From: an uncultured Chlorobiaceae bacterium
GTDB taxonomy: Bacteria; Bacteroidota; Ignavibacteria; UBA10030; SZUA-254
Direction of reading: 5' to 3'
DNA: 64,000 bases
Assembly: GCA_964512655.1 (NCBI GenBank)
Contig: CAZEJT010000005.1
Location: 135,559-199,558 of the forward strand
Of the stretch, positions 49,174 through 59,069 are shown in pieces. The notes below the pieces were generated by a model that saw nothing but the letters and a program-made list of their open reading frames with translations, was not told where the DNA came from and did not search any database. The stretch's first letter is position 1, and each line of letters begins with the position of its first letter. A program made the translations under genes and the position numbers.

Positions 49174-49518
49174 CCAATGCGCGAACTCAAAGAGTCTGAG
49201 TGGAAACTTTTCCGAAAAGTGCATCGGGAGGCACTGGAGCGTTTTTGCGAGAGGATTCTCGCTGGCATCCATCAGATCGAGGCAAACTCCTCGAAGAGTT
49301 TTCATCAGAGATACCTCGACATATACAAATTTATTGCCCGGCGTGACAGGGAAATGGAACAAGCCTTCAATAATCCTCGCCGCTCGACGGCGTTGATTCA
49401 GTTGGCATTAATGAGAGAACTGGGCTTGCTCGGGAGGGATGAATTCTCTGAATTTAGCCGGGAAACCGGTGCGACCGTTGCACGCATAGTAGGATCCAGA
49501 AAAACCGATTCGCCGTGA
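49174..49518 (+). CDS. hypothetical helical protein
   Basis: ORF with internal Met start MPMRELKESEWKLF. No motif is recognised. The stop overlaps the possible GTG start of the next gene. Confidence 0.35.
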   Translation, partial: PMRELKESEWKLFRKVHREALERFCERILAGIHQIEANSSKSFHQRYLDIYKFIARRDREMEQAFNNPRRSTALIQLALMRELGLLGRDEFSEFSRETGATVARIVGSRKTDSP

Positions 49519-49577
49519 TCGGGCGCAGGTTAATAACTGGTCACCCGGCAAGACTTTGGATTGAGGGGGCCCGGGAA

Positions 49578-51740
49578 ATGGCCGCCGGTACCATTAGCAA
49601 GTTCTTAGCGATCGCTTTCATCGCAGCCATTGTGAGTATCGCCCCACCCCTTGCGTTGTCGGACTCAGGATGGTTTTGGAAAAACCCTACCCCTCAAGGG
49701 AATTCCTTGTACTGCATGGATTTTTTTAACTCCGATCTCGGATTAGCTGCGGGGGAGTATGGTACGATTATCAGGACGATTGACGGGGGCTTGACGTGGT
49801 CTATGGTCGCCGACATCCAGGGAATTTATATACATGATATTGCCTATCCAGGTCCGGATCTGATTGTCGTACTGGCCGCTCAGTCGCCGTATTTGCCGTC
49901 AAACCGCATTCTCCGGTCTTCCGATAACGGAGAGACATGGAGCAATCAAATTATCGATAGTGTGAACTATTACTACTCGATGTCTTTCATAGATTCTATT
50001 CGCGGCTATCTTGTTGGGAGCCACGGTGCTATTACCGCGACAAGCGACGGGGGCGAGTCTTGGATCGCAGAAAATAGTGGAACGACGAGAGATTTGACAG
50101 GAGTTAGTTTCTGCAATCCCAGAAACGGGTTTGCTGTCGGCGACAACGGGACAATTCTGGGAACCACAAATGGTGGAAGCACGTGGAGCAGTCAGACAAG
50201 CCCGACCACCGCAATACTTTGGGCCGTCTCCTGTTCGGACAGTTCCACCGCCTGTATTTGCGGCAGGGGATCGACGATCCTCCGCACTACCGACGGGGGT
50301 ATGAGCTGGCAACAGAACTACGGTGGCACATACTTCGACCTGTGGTCGATTACTTCCACCCGCGAGAATGCCATTGTCGCTGTGGGATCGAATGGAACTG
50401 GAGGAAACACAGTATCCTCAACTGACGGGGGCGTCACGTGGAAAGATACAACAAACGGCCCTGATGGTTTTAAAAAGGTCGCCTTTGTCGATACGGCCAT
50501 TGTGGTGGCAGTCGGAGAATTCGGCACCATCTACCGGTCTACAAACCGAGGCGCCGATTGGACCCCTATCGTGCACAAGATCGAGTCGGGTTTCTATGGC
50601 GTTCGATTCGCCGATGAACATGTGGGAATGATCACCGGGGATTACGGCATAGTCCTCCGGACATCCGATGGGGGGACTAATTGGACAAAGCAGCAGACCG
50701 GTTCGCCCACATACCTCTACGCCGTGGATCTCATAGACACCAGCACCGTAACAGTAGTTGGATCTTCAGGATACATTCTCCGCACCACGGACGGCGGTCA
50801 ATCTTGGATAACCCAGATGAACGGCCATTATGATTGGCTGACTGATGTGCACTTCATAAACAGCTCTCTTGGCATGGTCACAGGCGAAAACGGACTCATT
50901 CTCAAGACTACCGACGGCGGTGGGTCATGGACAGAATTGCCGAATTCCACTACATTTCGGCTGACTGGAATACGTATGCTAAGCTCGTCGGTGGCTGTTG
51001 CCGTCGGGCAGGGATTTCCCTTTCCGATTATCCAGGGAATCATACTCAGAACCGTCGACGGTGGAGCGACTTGGAGTGCTGTTCTGTCCGGCGATACTGC
51101 CGGCGCGGTCGCTGGTGTCGATTTTTCAACGCCAATGATTGGCGTCGCTGTTGGCTCAAAGATTCTCAGAACAATTGATGGGGGATCATCATGGTCCAAT
51201 GTTTCCGGCGATACGATTCTTTCTTTAGCTTCTGTGAGCTTCGGAGATCAGACGAATGGATTTGCGGTAGGATCAAATGGCGGCATTCTTCGAACTACTG
51301 ACGGAGGTGCGAGCTGGACGCCTCAGATTAGCAATACTGGCAGGATCCTGTACGGCGTATCAGCGTACGGATCTGACAAAGCCATTGCGGTGGGTGAACG
51401 TAGTACTATCCTTCAGACGGTAACGGGCGGTATAACCACAGGCGTCGACGTTTCCCCCGTCAGCACTCTGGTTCCTCGCCGGATGACATTGGAACAGAAT
51501 TTCCCGAATCCATTTAATCCATCCACCACGATTTCATTCAGCGTCGCTCAGGGCACCCATGTCCGAATCCAGGTCTTCGACCTGCTCGGTCAGCTTGTTC
51601 AGACTCTCGCAGACGATGACAAGCTTCCCGGCACATACAGCGTACAATGGAACGCCGGCTATCGGGCAAGCGGACTGTACTTTTACAGGATGACTGCAGG
51701 ACCCTCTGCACAGACGAAAAAGGCTATTCTCTTGCGATAG
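49578..51740 (+). CDS. T9SS cargo protein with ~13 Ycf48/BNR-like (T-x-D-G-G-x-[ST]-W) repeats
   Basis: A signal-like N-terminus begins at the Met at 49578 (alternative GTG at 49515). Thirteen repeats are visible (TIDGGLTWS, SDNGETWS, TSDGGESW, TNGGSTWS, TDGGMSWQ, TDGGVTWK, TNRGADWT, SDGGTNWT, TDGGQSWI, TDGGGSWT, VDGGATWS, IDGGSSWS, TDGGASWT). The C-terminal T9SS CTD reads LEQNFPNPFNPSTTISF...VFDLLGQLV...SGLYFYRMTAG...KKAILLR. Confidence 0.7.
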   Translation: MAAGTISKFLAIAFIAAIVSIAPPLALSDSGWFWKNPTPQGNSLYCMDFFNSDLGLAAGEYGTIIRTIDGGLTWSMVADIQGIYIHDIAYPGPDLIVVLAAQSPYLPSNRILRSSDNGETWSNQIIDSVNYYYSMSFIDSIRGYLVGSHGAITATSDGGESWIAENSGTTRDLTGVSFCNPRNGFAVGDNGTILGTTNGGSTWSSQTSPTTAILWAVSCSDSSTACICGRGSTILRTTDGGMSWQQNYGGTYFDLWSITSTRENAIVAVGSNGTGGNTVSSTDGGVTWKDTTNGPDGFKKVAFVDTAIVVAVGEFGTIYRSTNRGADWTPIVHKIESGFYGVRFADEHVGMITGDYGIVLRTSDGGTNWTKQQTGSPTYLYAVDLIDTSTVTVVGSSGYILRTTDGGQSWITQMNGHYDWLTDVHFINSSLGMVTGENGLILKTTDGGGSWTELPNSTTFRLTGIRMLSSSVAVAVGQGFPFPIIQGIILRTVDGGATWSAVLSGDTAGAVAGVDFSTPMIGVAVGSKILRTIDGGSSWSNVSGDTILSLASVSFGDQTNGFAVGSNGGILRTTDGGASWTPQISNTGRILYGVSAYGSDKAIAVGERSTILQTVTGGITTGVDVSPVSTLVPRRMTLEQNFPNPFNPSTTISFSVAQGTHVRIQVFDLLGQLVQTLADDDKLPGTYSVQWNAGYRASGLYFYRMTAGPSAQTKKAILLR

Positions 51741-51893
51741 CAATCGCGTCGCTGATGCTCTGTTATCCTTCAATCCTAGCCTTTGCTTCAATCACCATCC
51801 TGTGCGTCCTAACCACACCGTTCCTCACCGGAGTGACTCTTGAACTGCGAGCTCCGGCGGAGCCGCGACGATGTTTGCCAATCTACGCTCGGG

Positions 51894-53366
51894 TCAGACT
51901 CGCTTCCCGGAATCAAGCCCCAATTCCGCCCGAAGTTTCTCGATATCGACACGCAGGTTCTCATCATTGTTCCTGCGATTCTGTGTTTCAAATCCCAAAA
52001 GCAGGGATTCAAGGAGCTCGCGGCCGACCGGGTCCTTAGCCGCACGCCTTGGAGTCATCCCTCTCAGGGCCGGAACGGGGATATCGGGCCAGGTCTCCCA
52101 GTGTTTCTCGATCATTCCCTTAAGCATGGCCTTCACCTCCGGCGTTTCCTTCAAAATGCGGTCGTTCTCACTCTCTTCGTGCTGTGAAGGGTCTATCGGG
52201 TTTTCCGCGAGATCTTTCATCAGACCCTCATGAGAGGCGACTTCCGTTCGGATGAGAACCGCTCCGGGGCCAAGTCGTTTTGAGATCTCCTTCTTCACTC
52301 GCGCCGACCGCTTTTCAGAATTTGTTTCAACAACAAGCGTCGACTCATCGATTCTCAGTATCGCGAGAGTCGTGTTGCCCCCTCCTTCGCCCTTCTGTCT
52401 CTTGAGCCAGTGAAGAACGACGGACCTCCCGCCTTTAGCCTCATCCCGCCTAATCCCCGCAATCATGCGCGAATCCGGGGCGCCTGTTACTTTTTGCTCA
52501 AGGTCCTTCAATGCATTAAAGGCTTCATCGAGAGATGGAATGTCATAGGTAAGCGTGCAGAACGCCAGCGGATCCCCGTCAGTATTGCGAACTTCTGGCC
52601 TTGTGTTTTGCAATTTATCCGCAAGATCGAGATACGTTTCCCGCAATTCTTCTTCGAGCTCAACCAACGTCTCGTCCGCGATGGGATGTTCCCCCAATGT
52701 CCCCTCTGTTTCAATTTCCGTCCGCAACTCCAAAAGAAAGTCGAGGTGGGTTGGAGGAATCACAAACCCTCCACATCCCATGATGAAGCAAATCCCGTTC
52801 ATCTCAACCACCCGGGCGAACATTATCATTCCGGGGCCTGCGATAGCCGATGCAGATCTTTCCATTACATGGAATTCGCGTTTCCGGAAAATATCCCGGA
52901 GAGTGAGAATTTCCCCCGGCTTTGCATCGAGGGTTTGAAGGTAACTGTAAGGAGACTTTCGCGTCAAATTGATAAAGGTGCGAATGTCTTCCCTCATGTT
53001 CGCGCTTCTATCTGCCAGGAACAGTTCCGCGAGCGACTCACTCTCAGTGGGCCGCCAGTCGAACGTAAACCACCGTTCGAAATAGTCCGCCTCCGGATGA
53101 GCCTCACTATGCGAGTTTTCGTCGGAGAGAATAAAATCCCCCCAGGCGTCGTCAAGCACATGTTCACCAAACCTCCCTATCGCAAAGCGTAGGACCTGGG
53201 CTGAGACTTCTGCATCAAGGGCTCTGAGCCCGTCGTATTTGAGGTTCAGCGACTCTCCTTCAATGGCGCCGCAGCACTTCTTGAATTTCTTGCCGCTGCC
53301 GCAGGGACAGGGATCGTTTCTTCCGATGCTGATTGTAATGACCCTCGGTGTGGTAAGTCTCAACAT
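51894..53366 (-). CDS. SEC-C-motif ([14 protein letters not shown]) N-terminal domain protein, 490 aa, function unknown
   Basis: The N-terminus [19 protein letters not shown] is the SEC-C metal-binding motif. The remaining ~450 aa carry no motif I recognise. Confidence 0.55.
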
Positions 53367-53823
53367 AATGATCTGAAGGGCAATTTTCCAAATTCTCGAG
53401 ACTCATTTTCGGGGGCCATTGCAATGTTTCGAGAGGTCCGTACATGGCGATCGCCTTTGCATTAACCGCTAAATCGATCGCTCGAACCAGAGAATGGAGG
53501 AGAAAGACTGGCCCGGGACTATCTGCCCTGGACATCGTCCAACATGGTCGTTGCGGTGAGCCCCGGGATGATAATGAAGACGAATCCGGGGCTCAGTTCT
53601 ACTCGCGAGCCTCCCAGGGGATTGAGTTCGCCTGGCGCAGCCCATACCTTGACTGTATCTTTTGTAACCCCTATCTTGTACGGAATTCGCTGACGAGGGG
53701 GATCGGAAGGAGTCAGTCCTAGTCATCACACGTTCGACTTTACTCCCGCTAGAGGCGACTCGGATTCAGCAGCATCGTCTTCGAGCATCGATCGGCAAGA
53801 TGGTGGGTTCAGGGAGGGCAATA

Positions 53824-54318
53824 ATGCTCTACCCCCTCTTCGCCACGCTCATTGCATCTTGCTCCGCCCCTCACACCGATCGCCGCGCCCAGGACTCTGG
53901 AACTGCGATGAAACCCACTTCGCAGACGTCGCTCTCCGCGGAGCAAATTCCTCCCTCTCAGTGCCGCGTCCGGGCGACGATCGTTAGCATCGATTCCGCT
54001 CTCTTTTCATCCGACACTTCCAATCCCTGCTCCCGGCTTCCCTGCAGAGCTAACATCCGCGTCGACTCTGTGCTCGGTTACGGCGCCGGGTTCGATCGTC
54101 CGCTGGCCCCCGGAGAAAATATCTTGGTGACGTTCGCGTTTACCCTGAGCCCGACGAAACTCGATTCTCAAAAGGACTCTTTTCCCGGATTGCAGGTCGG
54201 TAGCAGCTTCACAGCCGATCTCCTGGGGGGATCCCCATCGCCTGCAGCCAATCAACAAGACCAATCATTTGTGATCTACAGTTATCAAACGAGTCCGCCG
54301 ACTCCCCACAATAAATAA
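53824..54318 (+). CDS. hypothetical lipoprotein
   Basis: Lipobox-like MLYPLFATLIASCSAP. The protein is Ser/Pro-rich. The ORF-track start at 53800 is also possible. Confidence 0.4.
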   Translation: MLYPLFATLIASCSAPHTDRRAQDSGTAMKPTSQTSLSAEQIPPSQCRVRATIVSIDSALFSSDTSNPCSRLPCRANIRVDSVLGYGAGFDRPLAPGENILVTFAFTLSPTKLDSQKDSFPGLQVGSSFTADLLGGSPSPAANQQDQSFVIYSYQTSPPTPHNK

Positions 54319-54332
54319 TCAGGAGTGTACGT

Positions 54333-57300
54333 ATGAAAACCCGGTGGATACAATTTGCCCTCACGTTTGTGTGTGTTGTGGTCGCAGCGACTTATTCGAC
54401 AACAATCCGCGCATCGGCCCAGTCGCTCCCTCAATCGCAGGAAGCAACCGAGCGAGACGGGGACGATCCGCAGGCCAGAAACCAGTGGGAGTGGATGCGA
54501 CTCCATGATCCTGCGACGGGTCAAATCCCAGCGAAGATGCGGGGAAAGGAATTGTCCTTCGCCCGAACCTTGCCAAAAAGGGACGCGCTCGCACGAACCG
54601 GTTTCATCAAGGGACAATGTACGATGGGACTCGCCCCTTCTGCTTGGACACACCGTGGACCCTGGAACGTAGGTGGGCGAACGAGAGCTCTTGCTGTGGA
54701 CGTATCGAACGCAGGATTGATCCTCGCCGGCGGTATCTCGGGAGGCATGTGGCGTTCCACGGACACCGGAGCCACCTGGAGCAGAACCACGTCGCTCTTC
54801 GATTCAATTCAAAGCGTTACATGTATCACACAGGACAAGAGAGCCGGACACACCTCGACCTGGTACTACGGTACGGGGGAATACACGGGGAACTCCGCCA
54901 CTGGCGGGGGGTTCGCATCCTACGAAGGGGACGGAATATCGAAATCGACGGACGGAGGATTAACCTGGGTGGTTCTCCCTTCCACCAAAACCGGAACACC
55001 CAATTACTTCACAGACGCGTTCAATTACATCTGGGATCTCGCCATCGATCCGTCGAACATGGCTCAGGCTGTTGTCTTTGCTGCCACCTACGGCGGAATC
55101 CAGCGCTCATCCAATGGCGGCAACACCTGGACGACCGTAATCGGAGCAACCGCGGGCCTCACTTCCCCGTGGACCGACGTCGCGGTGACTTCTACAGGAG
55201 TCGGGTATGCCGTTCTGAGCCAGTCCACCTCGGGGGGAGGTGCGTCCCCATACAAGGGTATCTATCGCTCCACGGATGGGATAACATGGACGAACATCAC
55301 ACCCGCCACCTGGCCCGCGACATACCGGAGATTCGTGCTCACCGTCGCACCCTCCAACGAGCATGTACTCTACCTTCTCGGTGAGACTCCCGGAAGCGGA
55401 TTCCACACGGTGTACAATGGGTCTGATTCGTGGACCAGCTTCTGGAAATATACCGATAACGATTCGGGCACAGGTATATGGGAAAACCGCTCGGCGAACC
55501 TTCCCGGGTATGGGGGGCTGTCCGGCGACATAGCTTCCCAGGGGTCCTACGATCTGGTTGTGCGCACTAAACCGGACGATGAAAACGTCGTCATTATCGG
55601 CGGCACCGATCTCTTCCGCTCCACTAGTGGCTTTGCGGACAATGCGCACACCACCTGGATCGGGGGTTACCATTTAACGGGCACATACGATCCATATCCG
55701 AATCACCATCCCGACCAGCATTCCATCGCATTTTCACCCGCGAACAGCAGCGTGATGTACTCTGGAAACGATGGTGGAGTATTCAAGACCACTGACGATT
55801 TAGCTGGAAGCATCGTCTGGACCCCACTGAATCACGGTTATACCACCTCGCAGTTCTACACTGTCGCCATCGATCACGCCACGAGCGGCAACAATGTTGT
55901 CATCGGCGGGACACAGGATAATGGAACGTGGTGGACAACTTCGGTCAGTCCGACAAACGCATGGCCGCAGCTCTATTCCGGCGACGGTGCCGCTTGCGCC
56001 ATCGCTGATACTCGATCGTCATACTACGTCTCCTCCCAGAACGGACGGATGTACAGGCAACTTGTGGATAACAGCGGGAATGTGACGGCACAAACCCGGA
56101 TCGATCCCACTGGAGGAGCAAACTATCAGTTCATCAACCAATTCATACTCGATCCGAACAACACAAATAGAATGTTTCTTGCTGGAGGAACGATTGTTTG
56201 GCGAAACAATGACCTCACCGGTATCCCAATGGGTTCGAATAGTACGACGTCCGTGAACTGGGATACTCTTGGGAATACAAGGATTAATGCCGGTGTCATA
56301 AGCTCATTGGGAATCTCAACTGCATCGGGTGGAGAGATGCTCTACTTCGGCACAAGCGCCGGGCATGTCTATCGGGTTGATGGCGCAGACGTCGGAAACC
56401 CGACGCGGACCGAGGTCACCGGAGCAAGCTTCCCGCATCTTTCCTATGTGAGCTGCCTCGCGGTAGATCCGTCAAATGGCTCGAATGTGTTGGCCGTGTT
56501 TTCGAATTACAACGTTATCAGCTTGTTCTACAGCGCGGATTCAGGATCAAGCTGGGCCAACATTTCCGGAAACCTCGAGGAGTTCGTCTCCGGAGGTGGA
56601 AGGGGTCCCTCATGCCGATGGGCATCAATCCTTAATCTCGACGGCTTGACCATGTTCCTTGTCGGAACCAGCACCGGTCTCTATTCGACGTTCGAACTCA
56701 ACGGCACTTCTACCGTCTGGACTCAGGAAGGGTCAACCACAATTGGTGATGACGTTGTAGACATGATAGATACACGGCACTCCGATGGAATGATCGTCGC
56801 TGCGACCCACGCGAACGGGATTTTCTCCTCCAACGTGACGGGGCTCGGTGATGGCACAGGCCTGCCCAACAACGTCATCTACGAGGCCCCTCCCAACAAC
56901 GGATGGATCCTCGCTAACAGAATCACCGCTCCCTCCAAGAACGTTCTGATTACCAGTCTCGACTATTTTATTGTGGGAGATGCAAGTACTGGAAATGGGA
57001 CATTCTACCCCGTCATTTACGCAACCGGTGGCACGCCCGGCCGGCCTGCTGCGGCGCCATTGTACACTGGAGCAGCATTCACACCCACCGTAGGGTGGAA
57101 CAGCATCGATGTTTCCTCTGCCAATATCACACTCCTTTCTACACCGAGCGCCGACTTCTTTGTCGGAGCGAAGTATGACGGAACGAATCAGCCTGAAATC
57201 GGGAACGGCTCCGTCTCTAATGGCCGCGGCTGGGAATACGATCCCACCGCACCCAGTTGGACACCGCTCGATTCGTTAGCATCCCCTATCCCGGCGACCC

Positions 57301-57650
57301 TCTTCATCCGCGCCACCATCTCGACGTTGACCGGCGTAAGGTCCATAGGTGGCTCACTGCCTCGTGTTTTTTCGCTGGAACAGAGTTATCCCAACCCGTT
57401 CAATCCTGAGGCAACAATTGAATTCGCGCTGCCGCATCCGGCTGTTGTAACTCTTAGAGTTTTTGATGCACTCGGCCGGGAGATTAGCACACTCGTCAAC
57501 CGAGACCATTATTCCGCGGGGAGGTATAGCGCAAAGTTTAATGGTGCGAACCTGACCAGTGGGGTATACTTCTATCAGATCACGGCAAGCGAATCAGGGC
57601 CGGGCGGTCAGACTTATGAGAAGGTGAAAAAGATGTTGCTCATCAGGTAA
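54333..57650 (+). CDS. very large (1105 aa) secreted BNR/sortilin-VPS10-like repeat protein with T9SS C-terminal domain
   Basis: A signal peptide is present. Multiple Asp-box-like repeats are visible (STDTGATWS, STDGGLTWV, SSNGGNTWT, STDGITWTN, SADSGSSWAN). The C-terminal CTD reads LEQSYPNPFNPEATIEFALP...VFDALGREI...SGVYFYQITAS...KKMLLIR. Confidence 0.7.
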   Translation: MKTRWIQFALTFVCVVVAATYSTTIRASAQSLPQSQEATERDGDDPQARNQWEWMRLHDPATGQIPAKMRGKELSFARTLPKRDALARTGFIKGQCTMGLAPSAWTHRGPWNVGGRTRALAVDVSNAGLILAGGISGGMWRSTDTGATWSRTTSLFDSIQSVTCITQDKRAGHTSTWYYGTGEYTGNSATGGGFASYEGDGISKSTDGGLTWVVLPSTKTGTPNYFTDAFNYIWDLAIDPSNMAQAVVFAATYGGIQRSSNGGNTWTTVIGATAGLTSPWTDVAVTSTGVGYAVLSQSTSGGGASPYKGIYRSTDGITWTNITPATWPATYRRFVLTVAPSNEHVLYLLGETPGSGFHTVYNGSDSWTSFWKYTDNDSGTGIWENRSANLPGYGGLSGDIASQGSYDLVVRTKPDDENVVIIGGTDLFRSTSGFADNAHTTWIGGYHLTGTYDPYPNHHPDQHSIAFSPANSSVMYSGNDGGVFKTTDDLAGSIVWTPLNHGYTTSQFYTVAIDHATSGNNVVIGGTQDNGTWWTTSVSPTNAWPQLYSGDGAACAIADTRSSYYVSSQNGRMYRQLVDNSGNVTAQTRIDPTGGANYQFINQFILDPNNTNRMFLAGGTIVWRNNDLTGIPMGSNSTTSVNWDTLGNTRINAGVISSLGISTASGGEMLYFGTSAGHVYRVDGADVGNPTRTEVTGASFPHLSYVSCLAVDPSNGSNVLAVFSNYNVISLFYSADSGSSWANISGNLEEFVSGGGRGPSCRWASILNLDGLTMFLVGTSTGLYSTFELNGTSTVWTQEGSTTIGDDVVDMIDTRHSDGMIVAATHANGIFSSNVTGLGDGTGLPNNVIYEAPPNNGWILANRITAPSKNVLITSLDYFIVGDASTGNGTFYPVIYATGGTPGRPAAAPLYTGAAFTPTVGWNSIDVSSANITLLSTPSADFFVGAKYDGTNQPEIGNGSVSNGRGWEYDPTAPSWTPLDSLASPIPATLFIRATISTLTGVRSIGGSLPRVFSLEQSYPNPFNPEATIEFALPHPAVVTLRVFDALGREISTLVNRDHYSAGRYSAKFNGANLTSGVYFYQITASESGPGGQTYEKVKKMLLIR

Positions 57651-57697
57651 GTCTGTCGCCGTATCTTGTGAACCCCAATGGATACCGGTTCAGGCAA

Positions 57698-58600
57698 ATG
57701 ATTTTCCGAGTGATCACTCTATTAATGATCGTGCGCTGTAGCGTCGCCGCCCAGGATCACACCACGGTCGAAGAACGCATCCGCGCCTTCGCGGCAGATT
57801 TCGGGGGGCGGGTTGGCGTCGCCGCAAAGAACGTGGCGACGGGAGAGGAAATCCGGGTTAACGCTGACTCTCTTTTTCCTACAGCAAGCGTGATCAAACT
57901 GCCGGTCCTCGTGGAACTGTTCTATCTCCTCCATCAGAAGCCCGAGTTGGGCGACAAACCCGTTCAGTTGATCGACAGTGTCAAGAAACCAGGTTCAGGC
58001 ATCCTGCAATATCTTCACGGCGGCCAGAGCCTGAAGCTGATTGACGTCGCCACGCTCATGATTATTTTGAGCGACAACACGGCGACGAACTACGTCATCG
58101 ATCAATTCGGAACTCAGCATGACGAGAAACTGGAGGCGGTTAGCAGCAGAATGAGAGAGCTGGGCCTCGCTCACACGAAATTACTCAACAAAGTCTATTC
58201 GTTTGCGACGAAGAAGAAGACCGAGGAGGCGCGGCGCTTCGGCCTCGGTGTAAGCTGCCCGGATGACATGGTTAAGCTGCTGGAAAAGATCGCCCGGCGG
58301 GAGCTCCTGGACTCCTCCACTTCCGACTCGATCATCGCAATCATGCGCAATCAACAGGACATCACCCAGGCGGCCCGGCTGCTTCCGTTTTCAGAGGATA
58401 CCACCCTCTGGATAGCCGACAAGACCGGATCCGTCGATGCAGTGAAAAACGATGTGGGGGTGGTCGGTAACGCGAAAGGGCGGTACGTCTATGCGATTTT
58501 CTGCGACCAATCGAAAGACCCCGGAGAGCAAGTCGATAACCGAGCGACCCTCGCCGTGGCCCGATTATCGCGGTTGATCTACGATCATTTCTTGAAATAG
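57698..58600 (+). CDS. secreted class A beta-lactamase-like serine hydrolase
   Basis: A signal-like N-terminus is present. The S-x-x-K active-site motif sits in a PTASVIKLPVL context, with SDN and KTG-like motifs (LSDNTATNY, DKTGS). The ORF-track start at 57668 is an alternative. Confidence 0.65.
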   Translation: MIFRVITLLMIVRCSVAAQDHTTVEERIRAFAADFGGRVGVAAKNVATGEEIRVNADSLFPTASVIKLPVLVELFYLLHQKPELGDKPVQLIDSVKKPGSGILQYLHGGQSLKLIDVATLMIILSDNTATNYVIDQFGTQHDEKLEAVSSRMRELGLAHTKLLNKVYSFATKKKTEEARRFGLGVSCPDDMVKLLEKIARRELLDSSTSDSIIAIMRNQQDITQAARLLPFSEDTTLWIADKTGSVDAVKNDVGVVGNAKGRYVYAIFCDQSKDPGEQVDNRATLAVARLSRLIYDHFLK

Positions 58601-59069
58601 TGATGAATAGGATCCGCCGTGATGGTCCGAGATGACACTCCTTCCTCTTATTATCCTCTGCGCGATTGCCCTCCCGGCCAGCCTCGCATGATCGGGACTT
58701 CTGCCCAGGGCATCTTCCCCGCCGCGACGGGCAACCCCCCAAGCGTGTAACTCAATGATTAATCCCACCATTTTGAGCCCTGCCCCCAGACTAGCTATTA
58801 CCCCGAATTGGACAAGTTTCCTTTTTTGACTTGCACGCTTGTGGTCCAAGTTGAATGAGGAGAACCTGTTCATCTTTGTCAAGTGGCTACTGCGCTTTTG
58901 TGATTAAGATGGCTGATGAAGTCATCTGGGGTAAGGTCATCGCCGATGCGACGTTAATTTGACCACGGACGTGCCAGCCAAGAATTAAATAGATTTATTA
59001 AATTGTGCGGCGTTCGCAAGATTTAAATGCGGCCGGAAATTAGTCAGAATACGAATAGTGAGGAATAAC

